DNA of 64,000 nt from the NCBI GenBank assembly GCA_951406725.2, contig OX597837.1:27094001-27158000 (forward strand), written 5' to 3'. A program made the translations under genes and the position numbers. This DNA comes from Octopus vulgaris (lineage: Eukaryota). The notes under the pieces were generated by a model that was not told the DNA's origin, did no database searches, and worked only from the letters and a program-made list of their open reading frames with translations. The first letter of the stretch is position 1. Every line of letters begins with the position of its first letter. Shown in pieces: positions 56,350 to 64,000 of the stretch.

Positions 56350-58663
56350 CTATGTGTGTGTGCTCCCCCACCCCATAATCATTTGACATCTGATGTTGGT
56401 GTGTTTACATAACTTAGCGGTTCAGCAAAAAAGACCAATAGAATAAGCACTAGGTTTAAGTAATACATGCTAGGGTCAATTTGTTTGACTAAAACCATTC
56501 AAGGCAGTGCTCCTGCATGGCTGTAGTAAATTACTGAAAGTGTGTGTGTGGTACCATGTAAAAAGCAGGGGTGATGGGGCCCACTACACTCTGTAAAGTG
56601 GTTGGCATTAGGAAGGGCAACCAGCTGTAGAAACCAAGCCAAAGCAGATGGTGGAACCCGATGTGACCCCCTGGCCTTGCCAGTTCCTGTCAAGTTGTTC
56701 AGCCCATGGGTGTAAGGAAAACAAATGTTTGATGAAGATGATATATACAAGAACACACCACTCTTCTGGTAAAAGTGTATATATGTGTATATATATATAT
56801 ACATACAGAGAGAAGTGAAAACGACAGTGAAGATAGGCATCAGAAGCCATACTTACATATCTCTGGATACTCTTTATCAATAATGGATACTTCAGAAACC
56901 GACCACGAGGACCATCTAGAAACAGAGATCAAAGAACATTAAAACATTTTACTCACCATCCAAGTGTCGTTACATAAAGTAATGATGTTTAATGAAAATG
57001 TAATTCAGGGGTTCTCAACCATTTTTTACCTACAGACCCCTTTGATTACTATTTTATTCTGGTGGACCCCCATAGCGATTTGATTCTTAAAAACTAATTT
57101 TATAGATACTTATGGACACCGCCCCCCAAAATCTTATATATTTTTTTACTACCCACAAGGGGCTAAACACAGAGGGGACAAACATGAACAGACAAACGGA
57201 TTAAGTCGATTACACCGACCCCAGAGCATAACTGGTACTTAATTTATCGACCCTGAAAGGATGAAAGGCAAAGTTGACCTCGGCGGAATTTGAACCCAGA
57301 ACGTAACGGCAGACAAAATACAGCTACGCATTTCGCCCGGCGTGCTAACGTTTCTGCCAGCTCGCCCCCAAAATCTTATATGGACCCTCAGGGGTCTTAT
57401 GGGCCCTGGTTGAGAACCACTGATGTAAATGATGATAATTTAATGATTCTTTCCAATTTTGCCCACAAGGCCGTTAAATTTGGTCAACCCTGTAAGACTG
57501 ACAGGTGGAAAAGTTAACCTCAGAAGAATCTGAGCATAGAACATAAAGAATTTTGCCTGGCAAATGCCAATGATTCCAGCAGCTTTCTGCTTTAAATGAA
57601 AATGACAATGATGATTATGATAACATTTGTTTCTTGGCAAAAGGTCACTGATTCATAGAGTAAGAGAACAGCTGATTGAATCAGATGAAATATACAAGAG
57701 GAATACATTTGATTAATTCTGGAGGAATGAAAGGGGAAAATGAAATTAGTGAGATTTAAACCTTTAGCATTCAAACTCAGTGGCTGTGTGGTAAGTAGCT
57801 TGCTTACGAACCACATTGTTCTGGGTTCAGTTCCACTGCGTGGCACCTCGGGTGAGTGTCTTCTACTATAGCCTCGGGCCAACCAAAGCCTTGTGAGTGG
57901 ATTTGGTAGACGGAAACTGAAAGAAGCCCGTCGTGTGTATATATATATATATATATATGTACGTGTAAATGTTTGTGTGTCTGTGTTTGTCCCCCCAACA
58001 TCAATTGACAACCGATGCTGGTGCGTTTACGTCTCCGTAACTTGGCGGTTCGGCAAAAGAGACCGATAGAATAAGTACTAGGCTTACAAAGAATAAGTCC
58101 TGGGGTCGATTTGCTCGACTAAAAGGCGGTGCTCCAGCATAGCCACAGTCAAATGACTGAAACAAGTAAAAGAGTAAAAAGAGTAAGAGTATATCCAACC
58201 AAAACAGTCCATCTGTTTCAGGTTCAAACCAGCCAGACGTGATCACTCACAACTACCCTACAATGTCATTCTAAAACTAAAGCAATCACATCATCGAATT
58301 CCTGAAGCTGAGCCATCCAACCCATGCCGGCAAAGAAAAACAGATGTTAAAACCATGTGAATAAATAAACAGATTTGACAAAGTAATCTGAATGCTAAAG
58401 GGTTACACTCCGAGATGTAGAGGGAGAAACTCTAGGTAATGCAACAACCCTTCTAGTTTGATTGATTACTCTTTACTCTTTTACTTGTTTCAGTCAGTTG
58501 ACTGCAGCCATGCTGGAGCACCGCCTTTAGTCGAACAACTCGACCCCGGGACTTATTCTTTTGTAAGCCCAGTACTTATTCTATCGGTCTCTTTTGCCAA
58601 ACCGCTAAGTGACGGGGACGTAAACACACCAGCATCGGTTGTCAAGCAATGCTAGGGGGACAA

Positions 58664-58710
<47 letters not shown>

Positions 58711-60125
58711 TATACGACAGGCTTCTTTCAGTTTCTGTCTACCAAATCCACTCACAAGGCATTGGTCGGCCCGGGGCTATAGCAGAAGACACTTGCCCAA
58801 GATGCCACGCAGTGGGACTGAACCCGGAACCATGTGGTTGGTTAGCAAGCTACTTACCACACAGCCACTCCTGCGCCTATTGACTGTTTGTATAAAATAA
58901 ATAATTTGAAAAATAACTGACCGAGTAAACCCCAAAGGTCCAGTTTCCTGCTGAATGGCGATTCCATACATCTTTGCAGAAAGTCATCAACGCCTGCATC
59001 ATATTTCTTCTCATCTAACAAAGCCTTGGCAAATACCTGGTTGGCACAAACTTGGATGTATTGACACAAGCTGGGTACCTGAATAAAACGTGGGGAAATA
59101 ATAATAATAATAATAATAAAGATTTCAAATTTTGGCACAAGGCCAGCAATTTCGGGGAGGGGGTAAATCATTTGCATTGACCCCAGTATTACTACCACTA
59201 CTACTATTAATAATAATAATAATAATCCTTTCTACTAAAGACACAGGGCCTGAAATTTTGGGGGGAGGGGCTAGTCGATTACATTGACCCCAGTATTCAA
59301 CTGATACTTATTTTATCAGCTCCAAAAGGATGAAAGGCAAGCTTGACCTCGTCAGAATCTGAACTCAGAATGGACGAAATGCCACTGACACCCATGTTTC
59401 CAGAAGTGAATTATTCAAACCCCAAAGAATCCCTCTCAACACATGGCTATGATGCTCCCAGCACTACTTCTGCTCATGATCAGAGATGCATATATATCGT
59501 CAGCCACTAAGGGACATGCTCAACTGGTCCAAGATCAAGCAACTGACACACAAATCTGTGGCATTGAGCAGAATATTTGCTATAACCCATCTTTTATACC
59601 AAGACAAAACCTGTACATAACACTTTCAATCAATTGAGATCAGAAGCCATGAGAGCCACTGCCTGGTACTGCATCAGGGCATTTATTATTATTATTATTA
59701 TTACTATGGAAGGTGGTGAGCTGGCGGAATCATTAGCACACAAGGCAAATTGCTTGGTGGTATTTCGCCCATCACTACGCTCTGAGTTCAAATTCCACTG
59801 AGGTCAACTCTGCCTTTCATCTTTTTGAGGTCAATAAATTAAGCACCAGTCAAGTAATGGGGGTCGATGTGATTGACCATCCTATCCCCTCAAATTTCAG
59901 GCCTTGTGCCTATTGTAGAAAGGATTATTATTATTTCTTGTTTAGGCAAAACCCTTTAGAAAAGAACATATCAATTAAAACTCTAAACGCAATCAATACT
60001 AAAATCAATGACTTCTATTATTACGAGCTCAACATAATAATTCCTTACCCATTCTTTGATCTGTTTTCCTACACCCTCAGTGGTTCCATCAGGTAATCTT
60101 TGAACAACCAATCTGTCGACTAAAG
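45616..60125 (-). CDS. ARHGEF3: Rho guanine nucleotide exchange factor, ARHGEF3/NET1 family (DH-PH); 8 coding exons, 5'-partial
   Basis: Hand-spliced exons 60049-60125, 58922-59078, 56857-56915, 55269-55310, 54094-54195, 51798-51866, 47233-47419, 45616-45758 give one open frame with matching phases: ..[102 protein letters not shown], which matches ARHGEF3/NET1 motifs as I recall them. Confidence 0.95.
45915..46524. mobile_element. Largely palindromic Merlin-like MITE in the last RhoGEF intron
   Basis: TSD CAATATTG at 45907-45914 and 46525-46532; TIR GGATCTTTTCCTTTTGAACGGCAG; inverted CCCTAA/TTAGGG tracts. Confidence 0.85.
47233..47419 (-). CDS. ARHGEF3: RhoGEF exon (PH): [42 protein letters not shown]
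   Basis: Acceptor cttgttgcag, donor CAG/gtgatt; 187 nt; lies within ORF 47177..47575. Confidence 0.95.
48060..48630 (-). mobile_element. SINE family B dimer nested in another family B copy
   Basis: 21-bp TSD at 48142-48162 and 48561-48581 (1 mismatch). Confidence 0.8.
48850..49283 (-). mobile_element. SINE family A
   Basis: Reverse-complement copy, head-to-head with 49398-49786. Confidence 0.85.
49398..49786 (+). mobile_element. SINE family A
   Basis: Full-length copy, followed by an older copy at 49796-50163. Confidence 0.85.
50281..51120 (-). mobile_element. RTE-type element 3' region with internal 128-bp tandem repeat
   Basis: (GAT)n tail at 50281; ~4 copies of a 128-bp unit at 50446-50985. 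Confidence 0.75.
51258..51722. repeat. GC-rich minisatellite, 25/26-bp subunits (51-bp higher-order unit)
   Basis: CCTTAGCCCCAGCCCAGAGCCAGAA alternating with CCTTAGCTCCAGCCTGGGGCCCACAC. Confidence 0.95.
51798..51866 (-). CDS. ARHGEF3: RhoGEF exon (start of PH): [23 protein letters not shown]
   Basis: Acceptor aatgttgcag, donor ACT/gtaagt; 69 nt. Confidence 0.92.
52007..52216. repeat. Palindrome, ~100-bp arms, next to (TA)n
   Basis: AACGGCCATAATAGGCCATTCACCCACTAGAAATAA mirrored by TTATTTCTAGTGGGTGAATGGCCTATTATGGCCGTT. Confidence 0.85.
52593..52641 (-). ncRNA. Minimal type I hammerhead-like motif in a Penelope-like remnant (~52520-52940)
   Basis: GTTT CTGATGA A GGGATAT-ATAAA-ATATCCC A GAAAC AGCT GTA AGGC. 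Confidence 0.65.
54094..54195 (-). CDS. ARHGEF3: RhoGEF exon (end of DH): [34 protein letters not shown]
   Basis: Acceptor tttttatcag, non-canonical donor CAG/gcaagt; 102 nt. Confidence 0.88.
54514..54920 (+). mobile_element. SINE family A
   Basis: Full-length copy. Confidence 0.87.
55269..55310 (-). CDS. ARHGEF3: RhoGEF short exon: [14 protein letters not shown]
   Basis: Acceptor cattttcaag, donor TCA/gtaagc; 42 nt, phase 0/0; fills the 14-aa gap expected (TPxxxPDxxxLxxA segment). Confidence 0.85.
55965..56304 (-). mobile_element. tRNA-derived SINE (same family as the 13113 host)
   Basis: Minus strand TGGCTTAGTGGTTAG A box, GCTCGAATCC B box, GTGTTCTTGAGCAAGACACTTTA core. Confidence 0.75.
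56857..56915 (-). CDS. ARHGEF3: RhoGEF exon: [20 protein letters not shown]
   Basis: Acceptor ctgtttctag, donor TAT/gtaagt; 59 nt; DH-domain PxxRxxKYPLL motif. Confidence 0.93.
57006..57422. mobile_element. hAT (Charlie-like) MITE with nested family B SINE
   Basis: TIR CAGGGGTTCTCAACC / GGTTGAGAACCACTG; 8-bp TSD ATGTAATT/ATGTAAAT. Confidence 0.8.
57779..58190 (+). mobile_element. SINE family A inserted into a piggyBac-like MITE (~57760-58403)
   Basis: MITE halves flank the SINE. Confidence 0.8.
58468..58878 (-). mobile_element. SINE family A
   Basis: Reverse-complement copy ending ~45 nt from the exon donor at 58922. Confidence 0.87.
58922..59078 (-). CDS. ARHGEF3: RhoGEF exon (DH domain): [45 protein letters not shown]
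   Basis: Acceptor ttttattcag, donor TCG/gtcagt; 157 nt; strongly conserved family motif. Confidence 0.95.
60049..60125 (-). CDS. ARHGEF3: RhoGEF exon (DH domain): [26 protein letters not shown]
   Basis: Acceptor ttaatttcag, donor TGG/gtaagg; 77 nt, phase 1 to 0. Confidence 0.9.
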
Positions 60126-60789
60126 CTGAAATTAAAAGAGAAAGAAATACATCTTCAGTTTTGTATAGAATCAATCATGTAAGCCAATCAACCCACAGAA
60201 AACATTAAATTTCTATTTAAATGGTTTTCTTTCATTTAGGAAAGGAATGTTATGTACTAAGAGAAAATGTGCTGTAAGTGTGATGGAATATATCCTAGAG
60301 GCAAAAGTAGGCCAAGAAGAAGTTTCGTGGGAATATATGAATTTCACAAGCGGTCCCCAACAATCCCACATGTAGAGACATCCTGTTTGCCGCAGATTGT
60401 CCGCAGACGCAGGGACAGAACGACTGAGGAGCCGCCGGTTGCCGAAACAGACACTCCGAGGATTTTCACCAGGTTGTGTCTGCCAGGTTGTGGCCCTAAT
60501 ACCACCTGGTGTCAGACCAATCCACCTTGGTTACACATTCATACTCGACTTATTTCTCTCCAACAACTCTCCATTATTCACATCTAACACGCAAGTCTGT
60601 TTGTCAACGCATAAACACATTACTCCTGGTCCCATGCAATGTTATTAAACAAGAGAAAATAATGTTGCCTTAGTTAATTTCAAATCTTGTCTGTACTTTT
60701 AGGTTTTCCACAGTCAATGACAACACAATAAAATACAGAAGCCTAGGAGCAAGGGGCAAGTGGAATAAAAATTTTGTTTGTAAGCTTAA

Positions 60790-61008
60790 CCCTTTAGTAT
60801 TTAAACCGGCCATATCTGGCCAAAATATTTAATCTGTTTTATGCTCAAACTGACCAGATCCAGGCCCTCACACCTACCCTACAATGTTATTCTAGATTAA
60901 GTAATTGCACCATCAAGATCTTGAAGATATGAGATAATGCATGATTAATTCAAATCAATGGGAATCAATAAGAATTATGTTTGATAGAATAATCTGAACA
61001 CTAAAGGG
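60790..61008. mobile_element. piggyBac-like MITE
   Basis: TTAA-CCCTTTAGT ... ACTAAAGGG-TTAA. Confidence 0.85.
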
Positions 61009-61022
61009 TTAAAATATTTTTT

Positions 61023-61301
61023 TATTAACCATGTATTATTGAAAATGCATTTATAAATAAAGTACAGAACTGGGAACAGTTATTGTTGGTTTAACCTAGA
61101 AACAAGTTAATTTGACTTAAGTTGTTTTTTGAATTAAATCATGTTTCCTGGAACCAATTAACGACGTAGGTTCCAGGAAACATGATTTAATTAAAAAAAC
61201 AACTTAAGTCAAATTAACTTGTTTCTAGGCTAAACCAACAATAACCATTCCCAGTTCTGTACTTTATTTATGAATGCATTTTCAATAATACATGGTTAAT
61301 A
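61023..61301. repeat. Long hairpin: 133-bp arms, 13-nt loop
   Basis: ..CATGTTTCCTGGAACC aattaacgacgta GGTTCCAGGAAACATG..; few mismatches. Confidence 0.92.
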
Positions 61302-61368
61302 TAAAAAACTATTTTAAGTTTACAAACAAAATTTTTGTTTTTTAATGCAGTAAAAAAAATAAGTAATA

Positions 61369-61543
61369 GGCGCAGGAGTGGCTGTGTGGTAAGTAGCTTG
61401 CTTACCAACCACATGGTTCCGGGTTCAGTCCCACTGCGTGGCATCTTGGGCAAGTGTCTTCTGCTATAGCCCCAGGCCGACCAATGCCTTGTGAGTGGAT
61501 TTGGTAGACGGAAACTGAAAGAAGCCTGTCGTATATATGTATG

Positions 61544-61586
<43 letters not shown>

Positions 61587-61812
61587 GTATGTGTGTGTGT
61601 GTTTGTGTTTGTTCCCCTAGCATTGCTTGACAACCGATGCTGGTGTATTTATGTCCCCGTCACTTAGCAGTTCGGCAAAAGAGACCGATAGAATAAGTAC
61701 TGGGCTTACAAAGAATAAGTCCCGGGGTCGATTTGCTCGACTAAAGGCGGTGCTCCAGCATGGCCGCAGTCAAATGACTGAAACAAGTAAAAGACTAAAG
61801 ACTAAAAGACTA
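61369..61812 (+). mobile_element. SINE family A
   Basis: Full-length copy. Confidence 0.88.
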
Positions 61813-62048
61813 ATCTAAATTTACGAAAACAATTTGGCGGTGTTTACCTTACATTGTGGATGCTTTATTTATGAATGCAGTTTGCGATAAGACAGTGTAA
61901 AATAAAAGCCTTTTTTAAGCTTAAAAAACAAATTCAGTAATTATTATTTTGCAATAGTAAAAAAAATTAAATTTTAAAAAATTTACTAATACGTACATAC
62001 AATTTAGTGGTTTACATCGCGGTTGTAGATAGCTGTGGATCATCAATA

Positions 62049-63906
62049 TCAACAACTGACTGGCTGTTCTTGTTCAATGAGCTTAAAAAACCATTTGAGA
62101 GTTCCTTGAACTGTCTTCTTTTCCTCAAGGATTACATTATAAGGAGCAAAAGCTTTGTGACAAAGCTCCCATAAGCTCGGAAAAGCATTGAGCATTTGGA
62201 TCCATATCCTTGAACATAGAAAGACACTTTTTGTAAAATGCAAATGCCTGCTGCATTGTCCTAATGGTAAAGTAACGTGGCTCAGGTTCGACCTCCTCTT
62301 CTTTATTTTGCTGCTCATGAAACTCTATCAAATCACCATTCATCAGGGGCTGCTTGTCTTTTTCAAATAAATCTGTGAAATCCTCCTCCTCCAAATCCAT
62401 TTCCAGTTCTTTGCTCATAGTCATCAACATTTTATTGATGGCAACATTATCAAACCCCTTAAAATCATTCACGAATTGCAGGCAAAGCTTCTCCCATACA
62501 CCATTCATAGCAGTGCTCTGTACATCATTCCATGCCACTGCTATGTTCAGTAAAGCCTTGTAGATATCGTATCTCTTCCAAAAGTCACAAAGTGTGATGG
62601 ACTCATCGAGATCAGTTGCAGCTATTGCTTGCCACAGTGTACGTTTCATATAGTAACAAATGAAGATAGCAAGCAATTATTCCCTGATCCATTGGCTGCA
62701 GAAGAGACGTGGTGTTTGGAGGAAGGTATATGGCAGTAACATTGGGGTCAAAATCTACAATATTTTGCGGGTGGCCAGGAGCATTATCTAAGGTAAGTAA
62801 AACCTTATAAAGAATTCCCTTCTCTTTACAGTACTTCTCTGCTGCTGGGATAAAATGATTGAAGAACCAATCTTCAAAAACACCAACAGTAACCCATGCT
62901 TTTGAATTAGCCAGCCATATAACAGGGAAAGATGCCTTGAGTGTGTTCTTCAGGGCACAGGGGTTCTGTGCATGATACACAAGCAATGGCTTTAACTTAA
63001 AATCTCCTGCACAATTACCTCTCAACATAATGGCCACACGTTCTTTTGAGACCTTGTAGCCTGAAATAGTTTTCTCCTCCTTGGAAATGAATGAACAGTC
63101 TGGTAATTTTTACCAATACAATCCAGTTTCATCTACATTAAAAATCTGTTCGGGAAGAAACCTATTTTCTTTGATGATTTTCTTTAATGCATTAGGAAAT
63201 TCCACTGCTGCTTGTTCATCAGCTGATGCACTTTCACCTTGCTTCTTAATGGAGCGATAACTTCTTCGCTCCTTAACCCTTTAGCATTTAAACCGGCCAT
63301 ATCCGGCCAAATGTATTCTGCCTGTTTTATGTTCAGACTGGCCAGATCTGGTCTCTCACACCAACCCTACAATATCGTTTTAAAAATTAACAGCTACCTC
63401 ATCAAAATCTCATATCACCAAGATAATTCATGATTAGTTCAAAACAATTTGGATGAAGAAGCATTAATTTTGGCAGAATAATGTGAACACTAAAGGGTTA
63501 AATCTCATGAACCATCCTTGACTTGCCTTGAACTCTACATCTTTCTCGTCTGGATATTTTTTCTTCAGGTCCTCAAACAAAGACAACACTTTCTCTTGAA
63601 TGATTTTTTGACTAATAGTAGCACGCTGACGATTCAACCTAACAATCCAAAGAGAAAGAAGACTTTCCATTTCTTCAAAGATTTTGTCTCTTTTCTAATT
63701 GATGACAGTGTTCTTCAGATTTGATACGTGCTAAAATCTTGTCATTATGTACAATCATTGATACACTTGTCCGACTCATCCCAAAAGAATGTGCAATTGC
63801 TACCACTTTTTCACCTTTTACATGGCATTTCATCATAGCCAGTTTTATCTTCTAGCGTTATAGCATGATGCCTAGCACATTCACTATGAATTTTCTTAGA
63901 AGCCAT
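62049..63906 (-). pseudogene. pogo/Tigger (CENP-B HTH + DDE) transposase, disrupted
   Basis: FKASQGWFMRF, NVDETGLYW, LTLDNAPGH, NTTSLLQPMDQGII motifs; frameshifts, a stop, and a MITE insertion. Confidence 0.92.
63277..63497. mobile_element. piggyBac-like MITE inserted in the pogo transposase
   Basis: TTAA at 63273-63276 and 63498-63501; removal restores ..WFMRF-KERRSY..GESASAD. Confidence 0.92.
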
Positions 63907-64000
63907 GGGGTGGAAAAAAAATAAAGAGAATGAGAAAGTAGCAAATAAACAGATGTAAAAAAAATCTGAATTCTAAACAGGAATCACGAGTGAGAACGAC

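Overview
AT-rich, repeat-saturated eukaryotic DNA, most likely an octopus or other coleoid cephalopod (inferred from the tRNA-derived SINE families and dense TA/CA/ATT/GATA microsatellites). Most ORFs in the supplied track are microsatellite or SINE artefacts. One real gene is visible: the 3' eight coding exons (60125 to 45616, minus strand) of an ARHGEF3/NET1-type DH-PH RhoGEF. I reconstructed these by hand with consistent splice phases, including one GC-AG intron; the 5' exons appear to lie beyond the window. The rest is transposon debris: several SINE families, CR1 and RTE LINE remnants, Penelope-like (PLE) remnants, pogo/Tigger, Tc1/mariner and Gypsy fragments, piggyBac-, Merlin- and hAT-like MITEs, a foldback-like 59-bp array, minisatellites and short local duplications. 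Most interesting: (i) several hammerhead-ribozyme-like motifs, three sharing an unusual A.A opposition at the base of stem II, one lying sense inside a RhoGEF intron; (ii) a SINE that appears to target its own internal GGTATTT motif and build tandem arrays; (iii) long intronic hairpins that are plausible ADAR substrates. I found no convincing novel protein-coding system. All family assignments come from motif recognition, not database searches.
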